Under the pieces are notes generated by a model. That model worked only from the letters and a program-made list of their open reading frames with translations, was not told where the DNA came from and searched no databases. DNA of 64,000 nt, from NCBI RefSeq assembly GCF_964355755.1, contig NC_092673.1, forward strand, positions 35,523,648 through 35,587,647, written 5' to 3'. Source of the stretch: Antedon mediterranea (lineage: Eukaryota > Animalia > Echinodermata). Positions within the stretch are counted from its first letter, which is position 1; each line of letters begins with the position of its first letter. Of this stretch, positions 25,101 through 36,699 are shown in pieces. Made by a program: the position numbers and the translations under genes.

Positions 25101-26766
25101 TTTAAGTCTTCTACAGAAGATGGTTGTGTACAAAAACTGAAACATGATGTACTGCAAATCTTACTTTACTAGTGTTTTTGGAAAAATAAACACAATAAAA
25201 CAGAATTTATAATGTTACATACATACATAAAATTAAGGCGCTAGTTCCGTTTCGCACCTGTTTTTATTTCGACTTCCTTTTGACCCCAAATTGTTAAGCA
25301 ACTTATTGTGAATACCACACCTTAAAATTGGGCCTCATAAGTACTTTTATGAAGAAGAATCACATAAAAAGTAACAAATAAATCCTTAAATTGATGATTT
25401 TACAGACATGTTTCTCGCATACTATACCGTTCGCGAATTTAGCATACTCGAAGTTCAATATTTTCGTTTCTATGGAGCGCCAGAAGAGCAACAACAATAG
25501 ATGGTTAAAAACTCAGTGGAATGCGTCTTCTTTTAATGTATTTATTATTGAAATACACGTTTAATTTTAATATATTTTGTCAATAAAAATGCTGTAACAT
25601 TTTACTGCTAATAATTTGCTGTTTTCAAATAGCAACCAACCCTAGGCCTAAGAGTAAGACTAAGAAAGAGGAATATTATTTAGATCAGGTATACCCCTAC
25701 AGTACATGTAATTTTTATGATGAATTTGTCGATTTTCATTCCTAAAAGTTCCTGCAAAAACCATGTACAGTATCAACAGTAATATTTTTGTTGCATTAAC
25801 ATTGACAAAATATGATAAATTGAACGTAATTTTCACCAATAAATGCATTAAATATACGCAATTTACTGAGTTTTTAGCCCTCTATTATGATTGCTCTTTT
25901 GGCACTCCATATAAACAACAACATTGAACATGGAGTATGCGAAATTCACGAACCCAATGTGCGAGAAACACGTCTGTAAATTCATCAATTTAAAGGATTT
26001 ATTTTTTACTTTTTGTGTGATCTCCTTCGTAAAAGTATTTTTGAGGCCTAATTCTAAGGTGTGGTACTCACGATAAAGTTAGTTTACCAATTTTGAGTCG
26101 AAATAAACGACAGGTGCGAAACGGAACTAGCGCCAAAATTAATTGGTTGAATAATAAATCTGTTGATCATGTCATCAATGACCTAAGTACAAAAAAAATA
26201 AATCAAGAATAGGCCCTCAAAGGAAACTCAGAGAGGCTCTTGTACATACCTCTATGCAGCAATATGTTCTTTGCACGTTGTCCAAGGCGACAAGCAAATG
26301 TTCTTATCTTGTCTGGTGTATTGGCAAACTGTCCATCAATTTCTAATTTAAGTACGACGTCCCAAATATTTTGGAATTTGAAGTTTTTTAGTTTATAGTA
26401 AGAAATAACTTTCTTCAACGCATCTGGGTCAACTTGTTTCAATGCCTTGAACAGTGTTCTCCTATATGGTGACAACTGTTGATAATCCTCAATACTTTGC
26501 TTATTGTCTTTTATATACTGACTGACAAGATCTACAGCTTCCTTCAACTGTGACAGTTCAGCAATATCATGAAGCAGTTTCACATTAGTTGGAGTGATAA
26601 TACCTTTGGCTTCTAATGCATTGAATAGATCAATTGCAGTTTGGTCTGGTTGGGTGATGTCACTTAAATCCAGATGATCAAACAGACAGCATTTGATCCA
26701 AAGGTATTTCTCACCATCATAATGTCTGCTGAGACCATCTTTTAAATCTGATAACATGATGGCCAT
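8550..26766 (-). CDS. Gene B: multi-exon DED-DED / 2x TRADD-N-like / linker / DED-DED / LRR protein; LRR exon frameshifted (possible pseudogene or truncated isoform)
   Basis: Exons 26250-26766, 24525-24869, 23965-23997, 23028-23423, 21785-21859, 21538-21630, 21126-21254, 20026-20076, 18111-18158, 17735-17809, 17525-17620, 16894-16941, 16429-16476, 14817-14915, 14144-14254, 12983-13510, 12508-12546, 10788-10838, 10562-10663, 8550-10164; all introns GT-AG phase 1; colinear with gene A. Confidence 0.75.
10984..12413 (-). mobile_element. 5'-truncated non-LTR retrotransposon (CR1/L2-group LINE) inserted in a gene B intron
   Basis: RT motifs PISLT, DFTKAFDRVDH, GVPQGTLLGPVLF, YVDD; poly-A tail (poly-T at about 10984-11000); empty site ggtgaatatattgctgc in the other two copies (4561, 44991). 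Confidence 0.92.
11198..12400 (-). CDS. Reverse transcriptase domain and C-terminus of LINE ORF2 (partial)
   Basis: 316-aa ORF, frame open upstream to the truncation point; canonical non-LTR RT motifs. Confidence 0.85.
   Translation of the reverse strand, partial: LSLTYVLARVFESFIVKWILEDIKGKLDSRQFGSRKKASSTHYLVSLIDSTLKDVEKGKCYVNLCATDFTKAFDRVDHNVIIIKLIELGVRSSIIPIVCSFLTSRSLNTMFAGILSSSKSLTCGVPQGTLLGPVLFLVLINDACVDCCRRWKYVDDLTLGEVVRKGDLPSMQSLLDDLSVWCSSNNMIPKPSKCHILVVNFLKDKSDDIISPSFSLSSSILQVVDHMTLLGVIIQNDLKWELNTNNIVSRASRRLFSLCILKKAGILINDLLTVYMAYIRPILEYAAPVWHGAITKDMSKSIEKVQKRALRIMLGNNYVCYDHALSVTGLPTLVERRNKLVLSFGEGLLKSELFREILPPLHKPARSLRVNRFLEVPHCKTSRLRSSPVPTMVDIINRHH
12983..13510 (-). CDS. C-terminal tandem DED exon of gene B
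   Basis: 528-bp phase-1/1 exon (actag|GAATTCGACAT...ACAAAAT|gtatg), paralogous to 5236-5763 and 45592-46119. Confidence 0.8.
15007..16154 (+). mobile_element. Non-autonomous Helitron/Helentron-like element
   Basis: Subterminal inverted repeats ggttatccgca (15011) / tgcggataacc (16112), 3' hairpin actcgtc-cgtagt-gacgagt followed by CTAG; homologous inverted copies at 59240-63650. Confidence 0.6.
16156..16410 (+). mobile_element. tRNA-derived SINE
   Basis: A box tggcttggtgg, B box ggttcaagtcc, about 250 bp body, poly-A tail at 16390-16410. Confidence 0.7.
16640..16820 (-). mobile_element. Penelope-like retroelement remnant with degenerate hammerhead-ribozyme-like core
   Basis: Minus strand CTGATGA-tgccaactggataggtcat-GAAAC, enclosed by inverted repeat caatctaatcca / tggattagattg. 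Confidence 0.35.
18139..19870. repeat. 73-bp minisatellite (about 23-24 copies) whose unit contains the splice acceptor and first 20 nt of exon 18111-18158
   Basis: Unit ttttgatggtccaggttgatctattaaaaatagtattatacatattgattttaataaacagacaatgtagaga; some units are 74 bp. Confidence 0.95.
20630..20957. mobile_element. Short MITE
   Basis: Terminal inverted repeats agcctgttttcctgtcgacg / cgtcgacaggaaaacaggct flanked by TAA-like sites. Confidence 0.6.
21940..22987. repeat. 75-bp intronic minisatellite (about 14 copies)
   Basis: Near-identical unit acaattcaacaaagctatagtagttcttcagggttatgagattacactgtggatatgtagtatgcattctctttggtctta. Confidence 0.95.
23028..23423 (-). CDS. TRADD-N-like domain exon of gene B
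   Basis: 396-bp phase-1/1 exon; VETGSIVLHLVSHDTEALDELWSMYCANKLQLQTDLKHIL resembles the GS-hydrophobic strand/EALxxLWxMY signature of TRADD-N-like domains (by eye). Confidence 0.65.
24098..24368. mobile_element. Kolobok-like MITE
   Basis: TIR agatgtattgtccccc / gggggacgatacatct flanked by TTAA. Confidence 0.6.
24525..24869 (-). CDS. Divergent TRADD-N-like domain exon of gene B
   Basis: 345-bp phase-1/1 exon; ASLFFRLFTSERKALKELMDMH...IDFEEYKAALKDL parallels the 23028-23423 domain; paralog at 54627-54965. Confidence 0.6.
25237..26134. mobile_element. 898-bp MITE (GG termini, 8-bp TSD; Merlin-like), copy 1
   Basis: 25-bp TIR ggcgctagttccgtttcgcacctgt; TSD aaaattaa; inverted twin at 35762-36659. 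Confidence 0.9.
26250..26766 (-). CDS. First coding exon of gene B: tandem DED
   Basis: ORF MAIMLSDLKDGLSRHY...AIDLFNALEAKGIITPTNVKLLHDIA...LSPYRRTLFKAL; caspase-8/cFLIP-like tandem DED pattern; donor G|gtatg at 26249. Confidence 0.8.
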
Positions 26767-26896
26767 TTTTTACAAAATCTGGTACTATAGTCTGTAAAAT
26801 CAAAAATACATCTAATCATTATGTACTATAAAAAAACAGATATTTGTGAATAAAATAATGATATTACATTCATATAACATTTAAATATATAAAATA

Positions 26897-29393
26897 CAGG
26901 GGTGGCGCCAGGATCTTTCCGACGCGGGGGCTAAATTCCCCGACGGGGGGGCTATGCGAGTGAAGCGAGCATCACTTGGCGGGGGGCCGGGGGGCCGCCA
27001 AGGGCCCCTGGTGGGGGTCCAGGGGGGGGGAGGCCCCGAAAACAACGCGTTATAGCGTAATTTGAGGCCGTTTTAATCAGATTTAGGGTAGCCAATTTTT
27101 TCAATTTTGTATGGTAGGCCTACATAAATAAAATACTGTGTGAAAAACACATTGCAAGAGGTCCGGTACGATGACTGTGTAAATCCATTCTTTCAAATTT
27201 AAAAAAGTTTTTAAAGTTCAATATGCCTATCATAGAAAATATACGCGAACGTAAAACCTACCCACGGGCCAAGAGGTATATCGTTATAATCTCAGAGATG
27301 TAGGCAGGTTGCTGTCTGGGGGTGCGAAAGTTGTAAATGCGCGAGATATCCATGGTCTGATCTGTAAGAAAATTTTGAAAAATAGAGCTGCTAGGTCCCC
27401 GGAAATTGCAATTATACATTGATATGTAAAATGAAATTACAAGTCTATCAGAGAACAAGCCCACCGAGGTTGAGATGGAGCTAAGGACCTTTAAACAACT
27501 AGAGTTGTTAGGTCCCCGGATATTGGATTATAGTATTTCGAAAAAAAGAAACAAAATATATAAGGCTCCAAGACCAGCCCTACCATTAGGGTTGAGCTGC
27601 TAAGAAAATTGTCAAAAATAGACCTGCTAGGTACCTGGAAATTGCACTTATATAGGCCCATATTGATAAATGAAACGTCTACAGAACCAGAGCTAAGAAA
27701 ATTGTGAAAAATAGACCTGCTAGGTACCTGGAAATTGCACTTATATAGGCCCATATTGATAAATGAAACGTCTACAGAACCAGAGCTAAGAAAATTGTGA
27801 AAAATAGACCTGCTAGGTACCTGGAAATTGCACTTATATAGGCCCATATTGATAAATGAAACGTCTACAGAACCAGAGCTAAGAAAATTGTCAAAAATAG
27901 AGCTGCTAAGTACCTGGAAATTGCACTTATATAGGCCCATATTGATAAATGAAACGTCTACAGAACCAGAGCTAAGAAAATTGTCAAAAATAGAGCTGCT
28001 AGGTACCTGGAAATTGCACTTATATAGGCCCATATTGATAAATGAAACGTCTACAGAACCAGAGCTAAGAAAATTGTCAAAAATAGACCTGCTAGGTACC
28101 TGGAAATTGCACTTATATAGGCCCATATTGATAAATGAAACGTCTACAGAACCAGAGCTAAGAAAATTGTGAAAAATAGACCTGCTAGGTACCTGGAAAT
28201 TGCACTTATATAGGCCCATATTGATAAATGAAACGTCTACAGAACCAGAGCTAAGAAAATTGTCAAAAATAGAGCTGCTAGGTACCTGGAAATTGCACTT
28301 ATATAGGCCCATATTGATAAATGAAACGTCTACAGAACCAGAGCTAAGAAAATTGTCAAAAATAGACCTGCTAGGTACCTGGAAATTGCACTTATATAGG
28401 CCCATATTGATAAATGAAACGTCTACAGAACCAGAGCTAAGAAAATTGTCAAAAATAGACCTGCTAGGTCCCCTGCAAAACATTGAAATATGAAACGAAA
28501 TTATAGGTCCAGCCCACCATGGTTGGGGTGGAGCTAAGAACATTCTGAAAAATAGAGTTGCTAGGTCCCGGAAATTTAACTTATTATACTTCGAAGATGC
28601 AGGTCTTCAAAAATTAGACCTATACTTTAAAAAAATTCAGACATAGAGGCCTAAACAAGTTACCCTTTTTACCTTTTATTTGGAGGGGAATGCGTCCACA
28701 AGCGTAGACCAATTTCCGTCGGGGAAATCAGTTTATTTCAATTCCCAGATGTGAATCTGGAATTTCGATGTACGAGCAGTTCATGACATACAGGACATTG
28801 GAAATGTAATAACTTAGCTATAATAAGATGTTGGCTAAACGAAAATGGCATGTTTTTTGTTTAGTAATGTAGGCCGAGCCTACAGTGAAAAACGTCTATT
28901 TCAGGTTCAGGTACCCCACGGTAATCGTAAATTAAAAAATTTAACATACGAACAATAAAATAGATCGAGAAGATAATTCGTACCCTTTTGCTGTCGATAC
29001 ACAGTACACTATCAGTAAACTTCACCTGGAAAGTAACTACAGTACACATTCTGGTCCCTTGGTGGAACATGATATCACGCGTAAACCGCAATGGGCCGGG
29101 GGCCCAATGTTAAACGATTCGTACAAAAAGGGACACCGCCAGACAAGTGCATACCTATTGTTTATTAGATCGCTGGCAATAATGCATGCATAATAAAGTG
29201 TAATAGCCCTCCGACGTACTTAACAAAAATGGAACTTCGCGGTTTTCTAGTCGCTGAAGCTACGAAGTGAACGCGAATGATTTTTACTTTATATATTCCC
29301 CGACGAAAAGTACTCGCGTTCCCCGACGTGGGGGCTAGGCTCCCCGACAAGGGGGCTACAGCCCCCGTAGCCCCCCCGCTGGCGCCACCACTG
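26897..29393. mobile_element. Non-autonomous hAT-like DNA transposon carrying an internal minisatellite
   Basis: TIR caggggtggcgccag / ctggcgccaccactg; 8-bp TSD ataaaata on both sides; no transposase ORF. Confidence 0.85.
27594..28470. repeat. 93-bp tandem repeat (about 9-10 copies) inside the hAT-like element
   Basis: Unit gagctaagaaaattgtcaaaaatagacctgctaggtacctggaaattgcacttatataggcccatattgataaatgaaacgtctacagaacca. Confidence 0.92.
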
Positions 29394-29557
29394 ATAAAAT
29401 AGTGTCAGAATTCCAAAAAGTTGTTTATTCAGAAATTTGATTATATAATTAAAAGCTCAACTTATATAGAGAGGGCAGCAAATAGTGGACATGTCACCCT
29501 CTAGCCAAAAGTCAAAAGTTACTGCTGTGTTAAAATTCATGATGATATCCACAAATT

Positions 29558-30660
29558 TCAATACGCCTTTTTCACGAAACGGAAGATAAGACATCTTCGA
29601 TCGATAACAAACAATGCCGTGCAACGAAGCGTAACCAACAGAAATAACAATGTTTTCAGTGGATTTCATGACACCATACTTGCTTGCTTGCTTGATACTT
29701 GCTTGATGTTATGGGTCGGTTAGAAAGCTAAATATAGCTTATATGACCCTTCTTGTCTTCGTATGACTCCGGGCACACATAATGCTCCAAAGTGATTATA
29801 AATATGAAAAGGTAAACTTGCAGTCAAGGGACTTCCAATGACCATTGAGGAGTGACTTGAACAGATTTAAATTTGGAGCTTTTACAACATTAGATGGCAA
29901 GTTATTCCATGAGTCCACAACTCTACAAAAACTGAAGGAAAACTTCCTGGAATTAAGCCTAAACTTGTTTTTATATAGCTTGTATTCATGACCTCTAGTT
30001 CCATGACAATCAACAAATGTAAAAAACTTTCTGCATTCAATAGCGTCAAGACCATTTATAATTCTGAAGATTTGGATCATATCCGCTCTTAATCGTCTGT
30101 ACTCCAGTGTAGGTAAACCCAAAAACTTCAATCTATACGGATATGCCAAATGTTTTATTTCTGACAATGATTTAAAAAATCGTAACTCTTGAACGGAGGA
30201 TCGTATGAGAAAAAAAATTACTGTAAAATGTCCTTAAAAGATTTGCCTACATCACTGTGTGATTGAAAAAAATGTGAAAAGTTTTTTTCACTGCTTAAAA
30301 TCCATCGAAAAAAACACCACAGTGTATAAGCATAGTGTTTGTTACCGGCGTTTTTTCGCGGTGCAGTAGCGGCGCCTATGTTTATACACTGTGGTGTTTT
30401 TTTCGATGGAATTTAAGCAGTGAAAACATTTTTTCTAATTTTTTTCAATCACTCAGTATGTAGGCTAATCTTTTAAGAACATTTTACAGTGAAAATTTTG
30501 TCCATACGACTGTCCGTTGAGGAGTTACGAATTTTTATGTAACTTGTCCTCCGAAAATAGGCTGAAAACGCTATGTTATTTCTGTTGGTTACGCTTCGTT
30601 GCACGGCATTGTTTGTCATCGATCGAAGATGTTTTCAGTTTCGTGAAAAAGGCGTATTGA
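29558..30660. mobile_element. Palindromic MITE-like element interrupted by a CR1 fragment
   Basis: 29558-29650 is the reverse complement of 30573-30660; inner palindrome centred near 30355. Confidence 0.6.
29678..30167 (-). mobile_element. 3' fragment of a CR1-type LINE
   Basis: LGLPTLEYRRLRADMIQIFRII...TRGHEYKL...RVVDSWNNLPSNVVKAPNLNLFK, typical CR1 ORF2 C-terminus; (CAAG)n tail. Confidence 0.8.
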
Positions 30661-31179
30661 GAATGATGTCGTTATAACAGATTAAAGAGATTGCTAGTCT
30701 CTTGGTTTAGTTCCTTAACTACGATAAAAGACTACAACGTAAAATACTCACCATTGTAATAGTCTTTGTATGACAATAATAAGTGAGTAGCAATAATATA
30801 GGTTTAGTTTCCGTCGTCGACTTCTCAAGTGTCCCAAACGTACTTGACGTTCCAAGATACGCACGGCGGAGCGCGTCCAGGTGTTTAGAACGACGCGCTC
30901 CGCTTAAGCATCTGTGTAGCGGCACTACATTCCTCCTTGTTTTATTTCTTTTGTCTTCCCTCTTGTTCTTCTACACACGTACTTGCTCTTTCTTTCTTTT
31001 CTTCCACTTCATTTTTCTTCTTTTTTTTTTTTTTTAAACACAACAATAACACAACATACATATATAGAATTCCAGAAAAAGAAACTACCAAGAACCCGAT
31101 AAGAATTTTGTTAAAAAAAATGAACTAATTGGAATTAATTTTAAAATTAATTTAAATAAATTTTCATTAATTTGGTCTT

Positions 31180-31212
<33 letters not shown>

Positions 31213-31213
<1 letters not shown>

Positions 31214-32410
31214 TATTCATAGGCAAACTGGGCGTGGAAGTGGAGGTTTTCCAAGAATCCCTCCAACATCCTAACCGCCGCTGCCCTCAGCTGGCCACTT
31301 CCCGGCTGAGCCAAACGCTCCACCACCTCCCGATTGGCATTGAATGCCGACCGCAGAGCAACTCTGTCGGCCCGCCTTAACTGGCATAACAGTGGCGTGG
31401 GTGAATGGATGTTGTTTTCCACGTTCGGTTGCCACCGTGCTTGGCGTGATGATGGTCCGGTCCGTTGACGTAGTGGTCCAGTTGGCTTAGGAAATCGACG
31501 GCGTCTGGGCTCCGCCGAGGTAGGCCTACCATACCTCTGGCACAGCTCCACAAATGCCCCCTTATTATCCCTAGTGGCTCTCGCCACCAGGAAAAGGAGA
31601 CACCGAGTGTGGAGCAGACCCAGCGGTGACACTAACGGCGATAGAGTGTTCGACTCGGGCATCTCGAGCCCCGCCGCCTCGCCCATCGACTCCATCATCT
31701 TCCTTAGAGATTTGGTGAAGAAGAATCCAGGCTGGATTCTCCCCTCGGCGTTGAAAAGTGCTACCGCCTTGGTGACACTCCCGCCGCACTCCGGAACGAG
31801 TTTCACTAACTCCTGGATGAAACTCCAGCGCCGAGATGAGGTGGTCGACGATACCTCCGGCGATGTTTCCGTCATGAATGGCGGTATGTGGTGCGTCAGG
31901 TGTTGTTTTGGGTTTTCGGGCACCCGGCCACATCCTGCCACTGGACACAGGAATGCCCGACGTGACCGCTTACCCGATTCCCTCTGACCGCCTTCAGGAT
32001 GAGGTCTTTTGTTGTCTTTCGACCGTTTGTCGGCCTTTCCCTGAGATTTAACTTTTGGTACCGCCCCAGCACTAGGTGGAACAGCACTGGTCGCCGTACC
32101 AACGAGACGGACGTCTCGGCACGCAAAGTCCGACTCCTTACTTTCCCGGAGTTCGCCATACCTTCACGGCTGGCGCGGCGGGAAGCAACTCTTTACGAAA
32201 AATGGAGGGGGACTTTGGCCTCTCCGGCGATCCTGCCAAGACCTCTGGCGTCTCTCTGCCCTCAACTACTGGCGGATCTAGGTCCCCGACCTCCATCGCC
32301 ACATCATCTTCTTCCAATCCAGTAGGTGAAGGTGGAGACTTTCGTTTCGCAGCTGGTTTGCCCAACGGCGGGAAGTCTTCCACCTGCAGCAGGAACAATT
32401 CCTCCTCCAC
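31213..32410 (-). CDS. Accessory ORF of the LTR element (about 400 aa if one frameshift near 32140-32165 is repaired) with a C2H2-like zinc finger
   Basis: Frame open 32163->31213 includes FLCPVAGCGRVPENPKQHLTHHIP; overlaps upstream ORF 32138-32410 in another frame; GC-rich. Confidence 0.5.
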
Positions 32411-32499
32411 CCGTTACTCGATCGGAAGTAGTGCAGTTATCCATCTGTAGAACATTAAGAGGCAAAACACAAGTTTAGTACAAGATAGTATTTCTACCC

Positions 32500-33070
32500 C
32501 TCGATTACAAATTGTTGGGACGAAAACTCTGGCGCCTGTAACAAATAGTGATCATCGTTTCCGCCAGAGGAGTTCCATCTCTTCAGAGCTAGTTACCGAG
32601 TTATTTGTGATGTCACTGCCGTGAAGAATGTACAACGTAAGTAGTACATGGCTGCTTTCCCCTTCTTACCTAAGTGAAAAGCCTCCTTCTTCTCCGCCAG
32701 GTTCCATCCACTAATTCGGGCATACCCCTCAAATCTATCCCAGAAAATGTACCAGTCATTTTGACCGAAAAATTCCAGGTTTCTCTGAGGGCGGAAAGGT
32801 AGTCTTTTCCGACGCTCACCTCGCCATTCTTCATTATGACCGTATCAACCACGCAAGTGGTCCTTATCCACATAATAAACTCAGCGCGGATCACGTCCGA
32901 AACTTCCGCCATTACTCTCTCTTCGGACGTACTCGTTCGTATTGTCCTCATTACCGCGATCTCGATTATTGTAATCGAAACCTCGACAATCAGTCCGAAC
33001 TTGACCGACATCGTCCGAGTAGCGTTTATAGCGATTACCGTCGATGTACCCCCGTGGCGACATTCCCATT
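32500..33070 (-). pseudogene. Degenerate gag
   Basis: FFGQNDWYIFWDRFEGYARISGWNLAEKKEAFHLGKKGKAAMYY fits the Gypsy capsid N-terminal pattern; interrupted by stops and deletions. Confidence 0.6.
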
Positions 33071-35761
33071 CTACTACCCCGATTTAGGATACCGTCGTTC
33101 AGGCTCTCAATCTCTTGCGTCCCCTTGGCGATTTATTGATCGCCAAGGAACTCGACCGCGTTCCATAGGCACAAACCTATTGGACTCGCCGCCAGTTCGT
33201 TCATCGAAACGCATGTTGTCATCGCCCGGATAATGAGAGTCGCGATTTCAGATATATATCCCCATTAGGAGTACCGTAGTTGGAACAGGAATTAAACCGC
33301 CTATCCGTGGTTACATTCGACACAGAGTTAACGTCAGGAATAACTGCTCCTCCTCCCCGTTAAAACTAATCGACGCATTCTTTGAAGTCACCTGATTATT
33401 AGGATTAACTTCAAGATCAGACCCTTCAAAGACCTCGTCAGTAGGCCTACTATCCTTTTATGATTTTCGCCGATGTCGGCGCATTATTATTATTTTTTTT
33501 TTTTAACAGAGCCGGTGTTTTCTTCGTTATAAGCAAACACCGAATAAAGCACGTAGTTGATGCCATAGCTATCTAGATCCGCAACTAATGTTACGTCTCC
33601 CGATCGCGTGCAAGAACTCGTTCCGACCTCCAACCATTTCCCTCAGTCTTCTTACATTGAGCGAACTAGTTTACCATAAAACTCGCCCTTCTTCTAGTAT
33701 ACTCGTTCAGAATTACCGAGTTATACTGTGACTGAACTAAATTTACCGTTGGAATCTTTCGATTGAATTAGTCACCAATGAATATAGTAGGCACATTTAG
33801 AAAGAACACACAGAACAATATCACAATGTAAGCTAATAATAAATTCTTTATAATCTCAAATAAATGTCCACTTCATTGATTCCTAAAACAACTACAACCC
33901 AACAGTAAATAATCGCGTAATAATAGAATTCTGAGCATTCGCCTGAGCGTACCGGCGTGCGTATAACTAAAACTCACATCCACATCCTAAAAATAGTATT
34001 CTAAAAATAGGATGTTTCCGTAAAGTAAATAGCCAATCAGAAACTATTAGTACATAGAATTCTTTCATTGCTCAACCAATCAGAGTACGCACGTAACCGC
34101 GTCATCATCGCTTGCATTTTCATTCCCTGGATAATGCACAGCTCGCGCTGCACGACCCTCTCAGGTAGCGAGTATGCAAATGCAATGATCTGATTGGTTG
34201 CTGTAGCCTAGCCAATCGTATGATGCCCAAGAACTGCGCGGCAGTTTGTTCGAATGGAATAAGACCTGGATGAGATCTGAAACAATATCGAAAAACTATC
34301 GCCCAAAACTCGGCGGAGGATCTAGGCCTAGGCCTACCCTAATACAATTGACCAGCATACCTTAAATACATTCTCAACCATCTTCCCTCTAATGAAAAAA
34401 GATTTTTTTTTTTTTCAAAAAAGGCAAAGTTTTTATTTATTTTTGCGGTTCCTGATAAACTAATAAAATAAATAAATAAATTCTTCCAACACTGCCGACT
34501 TCCAGTGAAGGAACGACGTAAACAACTGGCCCACTAATATGATAACTAATACTTCCTAGCCTAACCTAATCGTATATTTTCCGAAATCGGACATGAAACA
34601 CGGGCCATGTCGTTTCGTTCTGGAATCACGAGTCCAGCGGGTTAACATACAAAACCCATTCACGTCACGAGCGTGAACATTCATGTCACGAGCATGAAAT
34701 TCATGTCACGAGCATGAATAATAATATTCTTATACTACAGTTTCATCTAGTATAGGCCAATCGTTCATTCGTCGAATATTAAATATAAAAAATAAAAATA
34801 ATAAATCCTAATCAACTATTCATCCCCAACTCTCGGAGAGAACATGAACTTATAAGAAACATTCACGTTCTTATCCTCGAGACGGTGATGAATTGGCGAG
34901 GGCCGATACATTGCATGTAAATAAATAAACAACGCACGTCCAGATTCGCGTATTTTCGGCGTCATATTTCGCCAGAAAAATATCGCGTTTAATCCCATCC
35001 TCGTCGCCAATAAAGAGATTGCTAGTCTCTTGGTTTAGTTCCTTAACTACGATAAAAGACTACAACGTAAAATACTCACCATTGTAATAGTCTTTGTATG
35101 ACAATAATAAGTGAGTAGCAATAATATAGGTTTAGTTTCCGTCGTCGACTTCTCAAGTGTCCCAAACGTACTTGACGTTCCAAGATACGCACGGCGGAGC
35201 GCGTCCAGGTGTTTAGAACGACGCGCTCCGCTTAAGCATCTGTGTAGCGGCACTACATTATACATATAGAAGAATATTGTATTGGTGAACACTAATGTTA
35301 TCAAATCTACGTTTTACAGAATATCTGAGTCACTTTTCTAAACCTCATTCAGTACACAGCATCTAACTTCAATATCCCATGAAACAAATTACATTCGTAT
35401 AAAAAATAGCAGTAGGCCTACACATACATTATTATGGCCCTATCAATGAAATGTCACAGAATGAAAATTAAATCATTCATGGATTGCAAGTAAAATAAAA
35501 TTATAGGAGATTGAATATAAAAACACAACAATTGAGTAATTGGAATTGTGTCAGAGTAGTGGGCTACGAGTTGAACGACAAGACATTCCAGGGCCAAGCT
35601 GTACTCGGTGGAGACTTCCCACCGGCTGGAGGTATATCAGCTGTGCTGAGCTCTAGGTCTGGAGTGGACCCTAAACTAATAGTTAAAGGCCTAGCTAGGC
35701 CTAAAGTACTAGCTAGTAGTAGTAGGCTGATTGGACCGCCTGATTGTTGGTTAGGGACATT

Positions 35762-36659
35762 GGCGCTAGTTCCGTTTCGCACCTGTCGTTTATTTCGACT
35801 CAAAATTGGTAAACTAACTTTATCGTGAGTACCACACCTTAGAATTAGGCCTCAAAAATACTTTTACGAAGGAGATCACACAAAAAGTAAAAAATAAATC
35901 CTTTAAATTGATGAATTTACAGACGTGTTTCTCGCACATTGGGTTCGTGAATTTCGCATACTCCATGTTCAATGTTGTTGTTTATATGGAGTGCCAAAAG
36001 AGCAATCATAATAGAGGGCTAAAAACTCAGTAAATTGCGTATATTTAATGCATTTATTGGTGAAAATTACGTTCAATTTATCATATTTTGTCAATGTTAA
36101 TGCAACAAAAATATTACTGTTGATACTGTACATGGTTTTTGCAGGAACTTTTAGGAATGAAAATCGACAAATTCATCATAAAAATTACATGTACTGTAGG
36201 GGTATACCTGATCTAAATAATATTCCTCTTTCTTAGTCTTACTCTTAGGCCTAGGGTTGGTTGCTATTTGAAAACAGCAAATTATTAGCAGTAAAATGTT
36301 ACAGCATTTTTATTGACAAAATATATTAAAATTAAACGTGTATTTCAATAATAAATACATTAAAAGAAGACGCATTCCACTGAGTTTTTAACCATCTATT
36401 GTTGTTGCTCTTCTGGCGCTCCATAGAAACGAAAATATTGAACTTCGAGTATGCTAAATTCGCGAACGGTATAGTATGCGAGAAACATGTCTGTAAAATC
36501 ATCAATTTAAGGATTTATTTGTTACTTTTTATGTGATTCTTCTTCATAAAAGTACTTATGAGGCCCAATTTTAAGGTGTGGTATTCACAATAAGTTGCTT
36601 AACAATTTGGGGTCAAAAGGAAGTCGAAATAAAAACAGGTGCGAAACGGAACTAGCGCC
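35762..36659. mobile_element. 898-bp MITE, copy 2 (inverted relative to 25237-26134)
   Basis: Same 25-bp TIRs; TSD gggacatt on both sides; identical spurious 62-aa ORF in both copies. Confidence 0.9.
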
Positions 36660-36699
36660 GGGACATTAATTGTTACAATGTTAAAAGTATACTGCTGTA

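Larger units (their letters stand above)
30683..35257 (-). mobile_element. Non-autonomous Ty3/Gypsy-like LTR retrotransposon
   Basis: About 247-bp near-identical direct repeats (30683-30929, 35011-35257) starting TGTAG on the minus strand; PBS complementary to tRNA-Ser(GCU) 3' end at 34991-35009; polypurine tract near 30931-30952; gag remnant near 32620-32830; no pol; no clear TSD. Confidence 0.85.

Noticed and set aside
25660-25848. Duplicated 62-aa ORF (also 36048-36236)
   Set aside because: Chance ORF within two copies of a MITE
27491-28543. 350-aa repetitive ORF
   Set aside because: Translation of a 93-bp tandem repeat inside a non-autonomous hAT-like element
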